A stretch of 64,000 nt of DNA. Origin: Patescibacteria group bacterium (GTDB lineage: Bacteria; Patescibacteriota; Minisyncoccia; GCA-002772825). This document shows positions 10,130 to 18,098 of this stretch, in pieces (position 1 is the stretch's first letter; each line of letters starts with the position of its first letter). The notes under the pieces are model-generated. The model made no database searches. It saw nothing but the letters and a program-made list of their open reading frames with translations, and was not told where the DNA came from. The stretch covers positions 7,191-71,190 of the forward strand of contig JANLHB010000005.1 in assembly GCA_024654625.1 (NCBI GenBank), read 5' to 3'. A program made the position numbers and the translations under genes.

Positions 10130-11266
10130 TTATCTCCTTTCTATCCGCGGGGGCGGATGGTTTATTTTCCTCACCTTATCTTCAAGGTAAGTAAAAATTT
10201 CTTTTCTAGTCTCGCAGTAGTAGTATTTTCCTTTTACACCTCCTTTCCTATGCATTGTGCAACCGTTATGACAAGCTTTTTCCCATTTGCACATAATGCA
10301 ATCCTGATGCAGATCGTTCACACCTTTTGCATAATTCATTCTTTCTGATCCATTTAGTATATCTAAGAGCGAAGATCTCGAGATATCACCTAATAGGAAA
10401 TTAGGTTGACCTGATGACCTGTCGCATGGGTAAATTCTCCCATCGTATTCAAGACAGAAATATCCCGAGCATGAGCCGTTAAATGAACATCCAGAACTCT
10501 TTTTCCCGAAGATGACCGCGATAAAGTTTTCAATCTCGCGAAGAGCAAGATTAGGATCGTCTTTATCGAGCCAAAGATTGATCTGTTCTTTGAGAAATCT
10601 CGTCAGTTGCTTGTTTGTCAGACCATGGCTATTTGATTTTAAGCCATTTTGTTCCAGGTCAAGATATACGTTCGTGCCCCACTTCTTGATGCCAAGCTCA
10701 TCCGCAAAAAAATGAAAATTTTCTTTTGTGGATGAAAGACTGGAGGATGTAATAGTCTGAATAAATCCCGGTTTTATGCCGTGCTTACGGATGATCTCTA
10801 GCCCTCTCATTACTGAAGAAAATGTCCCTTTGTCGTTGTTGTTTTTTCTGAATCGGTCATGGCTTTCTTTGTTACCATCTAAGCTAATGCCCACTCGAAA
10901 CTGGTATTTTTTGAAGAGCTCAGCCCACTCGTCGTTGATAAGAGTAGCATTGGTCTGTATAAAGTTTTGAACTTTTTGACCGTTTCTGGTGTTAGACGAT
11001 TGAATACGGACGGCTTCTTCGAAGAAGGGGATACCTGCAAGCAATGGTTCTCCACCGTGCCAGATGAAAGAAAGATTTTCGTTAAAGAGAAGTATGTATT
11101 CGCTTAAAAACTTCTCTAACAGTTCAAAATCCATGATACTGTGAGTAGACTGATCTTTGTCGTTATAGAAGCAGTAGCCACAGCGAAGGTTGCAGTAATC
11201 TCCCGCTGGTTTTATGATTGGGACCATCGTTTTAAGTGGGGAAGTAAGTAACACCCGGTTTTTCAT
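10130..11266 (-). CDS. Radical SAM/SPASM peptide maturase (anSME/cyclophane-synthase-like)
   Basis: IKPAGDYCNLRCGYC, WHGGEP, QTNA, full SPASM Cys set (C..C..DGRIYPCD; CIMC..C..GC; YYC). Confidence 0.85.
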   Translation of the reverse strand: MKNRVLLTSPLKTMVPIIKPAGDYCNLRCGYCFYNDKDQSTHSIMDFELLEKFLSEYILLFNENLSFIWHGGEPLLAGIPFFEEAVRIQSSNTRNGQKVQNFIQTNATLINDEWAELFKKYQFRVGISLDGNKESHDRFRKNNNDKGTFSSVMRGLEIIRKHGIKPGFIQTITSSSLSSTKENFHFFADELGIKKWGTNVYLDLEQNGLKSNSHGLTNKQLTRFLKEQINLWLDKDDPNLALREIENFIAVIFGKKSSGCSFNGSCSGYFCLEYDGRIYPCDRSSGQPNFLLGDISRSSLLDILNGSERMNYAKGVNDLHQDCIMCKWEKACHNGCTMHRKGGVKGKYYYCETRKEIFTYLEDKVRKINHPPPRIERR

Positions 11267-11435
11267 TTTATCCTCCTTGCGTTGTATAGATAAAGGTTAT
11301 TTTTATTTTTTAAAGATCATTTGACAAAGTACAGTTCTAATATGTATAATGCATATATTATGATTGAAAGTCAACATCAACAAGTTGTAAGCGCCCTAGT
11401 TGTTTTTAATAAGAAATTGCTTCTTTTATAAAAGC

Positions 11436-11627
11436 AAAATCTTCGAGAAGTTCAACCGCACTAAAGACGCCTCCAAGTTCAACACCGAAGGCTCCGGCCT
11501 CGGCCTCTATGTGGCTAAAGAGTTCATCAATAAGCACAACGGCCGCCTCTGGGCGGAAAGCCCGGGGGAGGGCAAAGGGAGTACATTCTTCGTGGAATTG
11601 CCGAGGGGGGTGGTAGTATGGCGTTAG
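11436..11627 (+). repeat. Histidine-kinase 3'-end repeat copy 4
   Basis: KIFEKFNRTKDASKFNTEGSGLGLYVAKEF...STFFVELPRG. Confidence 0.95.
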
Positions 11628-11653
11628 GAGGTATTTCCTGGTATAATGTTTCT

Positions 11654-12088
11654 ATGAATTTATCCAGAGAGCAGAAAATTAAATTAGCTGATTTTGCCGA
11701 AGCAAATGGTATAAAGTTTATAGTTTTGTTCGGCTCGCAGTCTAGAAAAACTTCTAAAAAAGATAGTGATTTTGATATTGCTGTATTAACAACGCCGGAG
11801 AAGAGCATTTTTGAGAGTTTGGAAAATTATAATAATCTTTTGTTTGGCCTATCTGCTATCTTAGAAATACCGGATTATAAGTTTGATCTAACTGATCTGA
11901 ACAATGCTAATATATTGTTGAGATATGAGATTGTTTCGAGCGGGCAGTTATTGTTTGGAGATGAGATCGATTATCTTGAATTTAAATCTTTTGCGACTAG
12001 GGAGTATATTGACGCTAAGAGATTGTTTGATCTTGAAGATTTTTTAATCAAGAAAAAGCAACGATTACTTTCAGAAGTAGTTCTTTAA
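11654..12088 (+). CDS. MntA-type nucleotidyltransferase antitoxin (type VII TA)
   Basis: LFGSQS...SDFDIAV minimal nucleotidyltransferase motif; upstream of HEPN gene. Confidence 0.85.
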   Translation: MNLSREQKIKLADFAEANGIKFIVLFGSQSRKTSKKDSDFDIAVLTTPEKSIFESLENYNNLLFGLSAILEIPDYKFDLTDLNNANILLRYEIVSSGQLLFGDEIDYLEFKSFATREYIDAKRLFDLEDFLIKKKQRLLSEVVL

Positions 12089-12093
12089 TTACT

Positions 12094-12561
12094 ATGATAA
12101 AAGAAGATTTTGTAAAAAGGAAAATATCATTGATCCAAGATGAACTCAGTAATCTTGAGCGTCTTTCGCATTATTCTTTTGATGAGATAGCAAGCGACCC
12201 CATAAAGCAGGGAGCATTGGAACGCTTTCTTGAAAGGGTTATTAATAGAGCAATAGATATCAATAATCATATTATCGCAGAGCTTGCAGGTCTTGATACT
12301 GCTACGCCGAAGGATTACACAGATAGTTTCTTGGAGTTGGCGAAGTTGGGTATCTATACTAAAGAGTTTGCGGAAAGTATTTCTAAAAGTGCTGGAACGA
12401 GAAATGTGCTTGTGCATGAATATGATAAAATTGACCAGACTAGGATTTATAATTCAGTCGCGGATTGCTTGCGTGATTATCATAAATATTGCGGATACAT
12501 TTTAGAGTTTCTTGAAAAACAACCAAAGGAGAAATACAACCAAAGGAGAAATAATTTGTGA
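12094..12561 (+). CDS. HepT/DUF86 HEPN ribonuclease toxin
   Basis: RNVLVHEY (R-x4-H-x-Y). Confidence 0.85.
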   Translation: MIKEDFVKRKISLIQDELSNLERLSHYSFDEIASDPIKQGALERFLERVINRAIDINNHIIAELAGLDTATPKDYTDSFLELAKLGIYTKEFAESISKSAGTRNVLVHEYDKIDQTRIYNSVADCLRDYHKYCGYILEFLEKQPKEKYNQRRNNL

Positions 12562-12668
12562 GGAGCTTGCTGGTGTCACGCCGTGGCGGGATAAAAAGAG
12601 GAAGGCTCGCCCGGATGAACCCGTTCGGACGGGGTAGCACATTCTTCGTGGAGTTGCCGAGGGGGTAG
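12556..12668 (+). repeat. Histidine-kinase 3'-end repeat copy 5 (degenerate, two palindromic inserts)
   Basis: cgccgtggcgggataaaaag shared with copy 2; gtagcacattcttcgtggagttgccgagggggtag. Confidence 0.9.
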
Positions 12669-12677
12669 GGGATAGTT

Positions 12678-13085
12678 TTACTTTTTGATGAGATGATAAA
12701 TTTCCTTGATATATTCTTTTAGATTGTTATAGCTCAATACCGAAGATACCTCATTTGTCGGTACCCATTTAATGTCATCCCCTTTAAATTCCGGCCTTAA
12801 GAGGGTGTCGTCCTCAGATTGCACTAGAAACATTTTTATTGAAATATTATTTCCATTTGGATGTGTGTAATTTATGTCCGGTAAATCGCATAAAATTTCT
12901 ACTAATAGCCCTGTCTCCTCTTTAACTTCTCTAATCATTGCGTTAGTCGGATCCTCACCATCCTCAATGTGTCCCTTGGGAAAGGACCAATCTTTTTGTT
13001 TCCCACTATAAAGCAGGGCAATTTTACTTTGATCATCCTTACTCAAAATAATAGCGCCGGCTTTCTGGATTAATTTAATAGTCAT
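12678..13085 (-). CDS. NUDIX hydrolase
   Basis: WSFPKGHIEDGEDPTNAMIREVKEETG. Confidence 0.9.
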   Translation of the reverse strand: MTIKLIQKAGAIILSKDDQSKIALLYSGKQKDWSFPKGHIEDGEDPTNAMIREVKEETGLLVEILCDLPDINYTHPNGNNISIKMFLVQSEDDTLLRPEFKGDDIKWVPTNEVSSVLSYNNLKEYIKEIYHLIKK

Positions 13086-13135
13086 AGTTAGTATTACACT
13101 ATATCACTTATATACCTTTTAGGTTGCAGGTACCC

Positions 13136-13831
13136 CTATTGGGTGATTTTTTTTGCAATTAAAATTAGCCTTGGACTGGTCAAAGAATATTCACTAAAAT
13201 CATAGTTGCCGATAACACGCTCAACAGAAAAACCGGATTTTTCCATCCATTGACTCCAAACAGGATAAGGTGGGTATGGAATTCTAAGATTAGCTTTTTT
13301 ATCGATAAGCTCTAATTTTTTCGCATCAAATGCAAATGGCGAGTTAGGATTTTTCTCAAGGTAAGAAACGATCCTAAATAAATTATCCGTATCAATCAGA
13401 ATTTTGCCTCCGGGTTTAATGTTGCGACCTATTGAAGAGACTGCCTTTTCAATGTTGATGTTGGCTAAGTCGGAGAAAAACCAGTATGCCTTGTCATATT
13501 TCTTTCTTAACTTTAGTTGTTCAATATTGGCTTTATAATAATTCGGCGTTCTTTTGCCGGATTTTTTAGATTCATCTTTTGCTTTACTAAGTAGGTATTT
13601 AGAAAAATCAACACCGTCTACTAAATAACCTCTTTCACTTAGGGCTTTTGTGTGGCGACCTTGCCCGCAAGCAATATCAAAGATGGTATCATTTTTTTTA
13701 AGACTAAGAGCTTTAATTAAAAAGTCAGAATCTTTCTTTATACTTGCTGAAGTTAGAAATGAATCATGATCCTTTAAATAATCACCCTTTTCTCCGTAGT
13801 ATTTAGATAAAAATTCTTTAGATTTTGACAT
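13136..13831 (-). CDS. Class I SAM-dependent methyltransferase
   Basis: IFDIACGQGRH, GVDFS, IKPGG. Confidence 0.85.
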   Translation of the reverse strand: MSKSKEFLSKYYGEKGDYLKDHDSFLTSASIKKDSDFLIKALSLKKNDTIFDIACGQGRHTKALSERGYLVDGVDFSKYLLSKAKDESKKSGKRTPNYYKANIEQLKLRKKYDKAYWFFSDLANINIEKAVSSIGRNIKPGGKILIDTDNLFRIVSYLEKNPNSPFAFDAKKLELIDKKANLRIPYPPYPVWSQWMEKSGFSVERVIGNYDFSEYSLTSPRLILIAKKITQ

Positions 13832-13909
13832 GGTGTATTCTTATATGTATTAATATACTGGATAATATATCAAATAGAAGGTAAAGATGATAGTATGTAT
13901 AATGTGACC

Positions 13910-13932
13910 CATTCTTCGTGGAGTTGTCGTAG
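13910..13932 (+). repeat. Histidine-kinase 3'-end repeat copy 6 (minimal core)
   Basis: cattcttcgtggagttgtcgtag versus consensus cattcttcgtggagttgccg. Confidence 0.85.
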
Positions 13933-13977
13933 GGGAGAGAGTAGATTTGATAATAGTTTTTATGGTATAATGTTCTT

Positions 13978-14268
13978 ATGGAAAAAGACGTTATTATTAA
14001 AAAATTGGATAAAAGCCTGTCGGTTTTGAAAGAGAAATACAATGTGAGAAGCATTGGTGTTTTCGGTTCGTATGTAAGAAATGAGGCAAAGGCAGGGAGT
14101 GATTTGGATATTTTAGTCACATTTGAAAAGCCGATAGGATTGTTAAAATTTATAGAACTGGAAAATTATCTCTCAGAATTGACAGGAATAAAAGTTGATT
14201 TGGTATCTCAGAAAGCGCTTAAGCCCAGGATAGGAAAGCAGATATTGGAAGAAGTGGTGAATGTCTGA
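13978..14268 (+). CDS. Minimal nucleotidyltransferase (MNT) antitoxin
   Basis: VFGSYVRNEAKAGSDLDILV...KVDLV. Confidence 0.9.
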   Translation: MEKDVIIKKLDKSLSVLKEKYNVRSIGVFGSYVRNEAKAGSDLDILVTFEKPIGLLKFIELENYLSELTGIKVDLVSQKALKPRIGKQILEEVVNV

Positions 14269-14623
14269 TCTTATGAAAAGAGATTATCTGGATTATCTTC
14301 AAGATATTATTGACTCAATAAATGACATTGAGAGTTTTGTTGGTGGGATGAATTTTAATTCGTTTGAAAAAGATAAAAAAACTATGAATGCGGTTGTAAG
14401 GAGCTTAGAGATAATCGGCGAAGCTGTTAAGAAAATACCGGAAGATGTGAAGGATAAGTACTCAGATATTCCATGGAAGAATATGTCGGGCATGAGAGAT
14501 AAACTAATCCATGAATACTTTGGCATTGATGAAGAGATTGTTTGGAATGTTGCAATAGAAGAATTGCCTCCTCTTGGGTCATTGTTTAAAAAAATTTTAA
14601 CAGAATCGGGGACGGAGGAATAA
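14261..14623 (+). CDS. DUF86/HepT HEPN toxin
   Basis: IIGEA...IPW...MRDKLIHEYFGID. Confidence 0.9.
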   Translation: MSDLMKRDYLDYLQDIIDSINDIESFVGGMNFNSFEKDKKTMNAVVRSLEIIGEAVKKIPEDVKDKYSDIPWKNMSGMRDKLIHEYFGIDEEIVWNVAIEELPPLGSLFKKILTESGTEE

Positions 14624-14627
14624 GGCC

Positions 14628-15377
14628 ATGCATATACTAAGGACAAGATTTAAAAAAGAGATAGTGGCTGAATTCTTACCTCCATCAAGGATGTTAAAAG
14701 AGAATAAAGTTATCATCTTTTGCCAGGGGATGCCTAGTGGATCTTCAAAGAAAGACCTTCTCGAATTCTTTAGTAAGAAGGGATACTGGGTATTTCACCC
14801 GCGTTATAGAGGTTCATGGGAGAGTGGAGGCGAATTCCTGAAGCTTTCGCCTCATCAAGATATCTTGGACATTATAGAGCAATTGCCAAAAGGGTTCCGT
14901 AGCGCGTGGGACGGTAAACTCTTTAAGGTGAATCCGGATAAAGTTTATCTTTTTGGTTCAAGTTTTGGCGGTCCGGCCGCTATTCTTGCTTCAGGGTATC
15001 CTTTAGTAGATAAGGTGGTGGTGTTTTCTCCCGTTATCGATTGGAGGTCTCCAAGTAAGGTGGAGCCTCTTGATCAACTGGGCAGGTTCGTCAAGACTGG
15101 TTTCGGAGAAGCTTATCGTTTTCCGATCAAAAATTGGAATAAATTAAAAAATGGCAAATTCTATAATCCTATTGCCGAGACAAAGGATATAGATGGGAAG
15201 AAAATATTTATCATCCACGCTAAAGACGACGAAGTGGTGTCATACATACCCTCAAAAAAATTCTCAGAAAAGACAGGCTGTAAGCTGGTTTTACTGAAAA
15301 AGGGAGGGCATTTATCAGCAAAAAATTTCATCAAAAAGAGTTTCTATAAAAAAATAAGGTGGTTTATTAAAGAGTAA
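14628..15377 (+). CDS. Alpha/beta hydrolase (S9 peptidase-like)
   Basis: YRGSWESGG, GSSFGG nucleophile, DDEVV, GGH. Confidence 0.8.
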   Translation: MHILRTRFKKEIVAEFLPPSRMLKENKVIIFCQGMPSGSSKKDLLEFFSKKGYWVFHPRYRGSWESGGEFLKLSPHQDILDIIEQLPKGFRSAWDGKLFKVNPDKVYLFGSSFGGPAAILASGYPLVDKVVVFSPVIDWRSPSKVEPLDQLGRFVKTGFGEAYRFPIKNWNKLKNGKFYNPIAETKDIDGKKIFIIHAKDDEVVSYIPSKKFSEKTGCKLVLLKKGGHLSAKNFIKKSFYKKIRWFIKE

Positions 15378-15383
15378 TTATTA

Positions 15384-15671
15384 ATGACCAAAAAATTTCA
15401 GCGGAATATTGAGGACTTCGTGTGCGGGCATTGCGGGGCGAGAGTCAGGGGCAACGGCTACACTAACCATTGCCCCAAGTGCCTGTGGAGCAAGCATGTG
15501 GATGTGAACCCGGGCGACAGGGGAGCGGACTGCGGAGGGATGATGAAGCCCGTTTCTGCCGAGCAGAAGAGTGGAGAGTGGCGGATCCTCCATAAGTGTG
15601 AGAAATGCGGACATGAGAAGATAAACAGGCTATCAAAAGATGACGACTTTGATAAAGTGACGAAGATGTAA
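15384..15671 (+). CDS. RNHCP domain zinc-binding protein
   Basis: FVCGHCG...YTNHCPKCLWSKHVD..PGDR...CGG. Confidence 0.85.
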   Translation: MTKKFQRNIEDFVCGHCGARVRGNGYTNHCPKCLWSKHVDVNPGDRGADCGGMMKPVSAEQKSGEWRILHKCEKCGHEKINRLSKDDDFDKVTKM

Positions 15672-15711
15672 TCTTAACCTCGATATAAGTTCGTGATATA
15701 ATTACCTCGTT

Positions 15712-17514
15712 GTGACGGAAAATAAAAAACGAACAAAAAATAATAAAAAATTTTACGCGGGGTTTATAGTCACTTTGCGTTACTTGGCTGAGTATAAGAA
15801 TGATATAATCTTACTTTCTGTTCTCGGTGTAATCTCCGCGCTTGCCAACGGAGCAGTGCCTTACTTAGTGGGGCGTCTCTTTGATGCAATCATCTCTCCG
15901 GGGGTAATCTTTGTCGGCACCTCAATAGAGATGCCCTTCTGGCTCTTCTTTGTAATTATATGGGGAATAGCTCAGTTTATTGCTAATTTTGTCGACTGGA
16001 GGAGCGGTATAAGAAGCAATGAAATAAGTACCAACATGCATAGCGGTTATGTTATTAAGGGATTTAATCGTTTGCTGGAGTTACCGATGTCTTTCCATAA
16101 AGAACATAAGGTTGGTGAAGTTGGGGAGAAGATAAACAGAGCAGCTAATGCTTTTTTTGATATGACATATAGTGTGATCATTACTCTTGCTCCTCAGTTC
16201 TTGAGTATCTTTATCGCTTTTGCGATAGCGCTGTATCTAAATTATATCCTTGCTGGTGTGATGTTCTTCGGGGTCGTCGCCTATGTAGTAGTTATGCTAA
16301 ATGCAGCCCCGCCAATCGCTGTTCTCTCTAGGAAAATGAATAAAACTTATGGCAGGGTTTACGGTGATTCTTACGATGCCATATTTAATGCTCAGGCTAT
16401 CAAGCAGGCAACAGCTGAGAACTATGAACAAAGAAATATAACCAATAGATTTAAGAATCAAGCTGGTCGACTTTATATTAATATGATGCGCGGTTGGCAG
16501 GGGCTGACTTTCTACCAGAGAGTGATTGTCATGTTCACTCAACTCACAGTTTTTGTGTTATCGACCGCCTTTATTCAGAACGGGTCTATGACTATAGGAG
16601 AGCTCGTGATGTTTAATGGATACGCCATGATGTTTTTCGGGCCTTTTGTGGTGTTGGGAAATAATTGGCAAGTGGTGCAGAATGGATTGACTGCTATTGA
16701 ACAGGCTGAAAAAATATTATCCACTCCTGCTGAAAATTATGAACCTGAAAATGCGGTGATACTTGATGACATAAAAGGCGAGGTTGAGTTTAAGGATGTC
16801 TATTTCTCCTACGATAAGAAAGGAAAGTATGTCTTGAATGATATAAATATCAAAGTGAACCCCGGGGAGGTGGTGGCGCTTGTCGGCGAGTCGGGTGTGG
16901 GGAAGAGTACCCTTATAGACCTTATCTCCGGATATCATTTTGCGGATAAAGGGAAAGTGTTGATAGACGGTCATAATGTGAAGCAGTTTAACTTGAAGTT
17001 CCTCCGCTCCAAGATAGGGGTGGTGCCTCAAGAGGTAGTCCTCTTCAACGAAGCGATAAAGGTGAATATTAAGTACGGCAGTTTCGGCGCTTCTCTTCGT
17101 GATGTGAAGAGGGCGGCGGAAGATGCTCACTGCACCAGCTTCATTGAAAAATTCCCCAAGAAGTGGGACCAGGTTGTGGGGGAGCGCGGAGTGAAGCTCT
17201 CCGTGGGGCAGAAGCAGAGGGTGGCTATTGCCCGAGCGATACTCCGTGACCCGAAGATTTTAATCCTTGATGAGCCGACCTCCGCGCTTGACGCCAAGTC
17301 GGAGAAGATCATCCAAGAGTCCCTAGAGAGACTGATGAAAGGGAAGACAACCTTCATTATCGCCCACAGGCTAAGCACGGTAAGAAAGGCGGATAAGATT
17401 ATCGTCTTTGAGAAAGGCCGGATTGTGGAAATGGGCAAACACGATGAGCTTATAAAAAAAGAAAATGGTGTGTATCGGAACCTTCATGAATTCCAAGTGG
17501 GGCTGAATGATTAA
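15712..17514 (+). CDS. ABC exporter, fused TMD-NBD (MsbA-like)
   Basis: Hydrophobic N-half; GESGVGKST, LSVGQKQR, ILDEPTS, IAHRLST. Confidence 0.92.
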   Translation: MTENKKRTKNNKKFYAGFIVTLRYLAEYKNDIILLSVLGVISALANGAVPYLVGRLFDAIISPGVIFVGTSIEMPFWLFFVIIWGIAQFIANFVDWRSGIRSNEISTNMHSGYVIKGFNRLLELPMSFHKEHKVGEVGEKINRAANAFFDMTYSVIITLAPQFLSIFIAFAIALYLNYILAGVMFFGVVAYVVVMLNAAPPIAVLSRKMNKTYGRVYGDSYDAIFNAQAIKQATAENYEQRNITNRFKNQAGRLYINMMRGWQGLTFYQRVIVMFTQLTVFVLSTAFIQNGSMTIGELVMFNGYAMMFFGPFVVLGNNWQVVQNGLTAIEQAEKILSTPAENYEPENAVILDDIKGEVEFKDVYFSYDKKGKYVLNDINIKVNPGEVVALVGESGVGKSTLIDLISGYHFADKGKVLIDGHNVKQFNLKFLRSKIGVVPQEVVLFNEAIKVNIKYGSFGASLRDVKRAAEDAHCTSFIEKFPKKWDQVVGERGVKLSVGQKQRVAIARAILRDPKILILDEPTSALDAKSEKIIQESLERLMKGKTTFIIAHRLSTVRKADKIIVFEKGRIVEMGKHDELIKKENGVYRNLHEFQVGLND

Positions 17515-17572
17515 TAAAAACACATCTCCATTCATTTGGTCCACTTGGAAACCGAGTTTCCAAGTCCAAGTG

Positions 17573-17596
17573 TTCAATCCGCCACGGCGGATTGAA
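17573..17596. repeat. Short GC-rich palindrome (CAATCCGCCRCGGCGGATTG family)
   Basis: Related copies at 38299-38326 and about 60990-61014; relatives inside the HK repeats. Confidence 0.7.
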
Positions 17597-17605
17597 TAAA
17601 TAAGA

Positions 17606-17653
17606 TAAAAACACCCCATTTGGAGATCGAATCTCCAAATGGGGTGTTTTTAT
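17606..17653. terminator. Bidirectional terminator
   Basis: taaaaacaccccatttggagat / atctccaaatggggtgttttta. Confidence 0.8.
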
Positions 17654-17673
17654 TGTTTGTGTCGTTTGCCTGT

Positions 17674-17910
17674 TTACGCGGCGCGTTCTTGGTCGTTTCC
17701 AAATGTTTCGTCGGCAGGTATATGCACTGTTCCGTCCGGGTTTAACGCGTGTCTTGCGCTAAGTTGTTCTTTAGTTTTTTGAGAGAGACCTACTTCTCTT
17801 TTATCCATCTCTTCTTCGGACTCCTCTTTCTTTTCAGTAGATACTTCTTCTGCTTCATTTTTAGGTTCCTCTTGTCTTTTGTTTCCAAAAATATTTTCTA
17901 TTCCAAACAT
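17674..17910 (-). CDS. Small acidic hypothetical protein
   Basis: ATG start, Glu/Lys-rich, fills the gap before a terminator. Confidence 0.6.
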   Translation of the reverse strand: MFGIENIFGNKRQEEPKNEAEEVSTEKKEESEEEMDKREVGLSQKTKEQLSARHALNPDGTVHIPADETFGNDQERAA

Positions 17911-18098
17911 AATTGATATTGTTAAAAATTGTTAAATTTATGGTTCTCGACCTTAATAATGATAATTTATAATTATTTTTTGCGCTAAATTAGCGTGGCT
18001 TATATTTAAAAATTATAGCTGTTGCCAAAAATTATGGCAATCATCACATTGGGATAACCGGACTTCAATTTTCTTTGTTTTATGGTAAAATCAAGCTT

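Noticed and set aside
396-11627. ORF-track proteins at 396, 6731, 8756 and 11400 as functional kinases
   Set aside because: They lack the H-box and sensor; two are frameshifted by inserts, so they are treated as repeats or pseudogene fragments
282-13932. Classical integron with attC sites
   Set aside because: Repeats are protein-coding kinase tails, not attC hairpins; no IntI in the window
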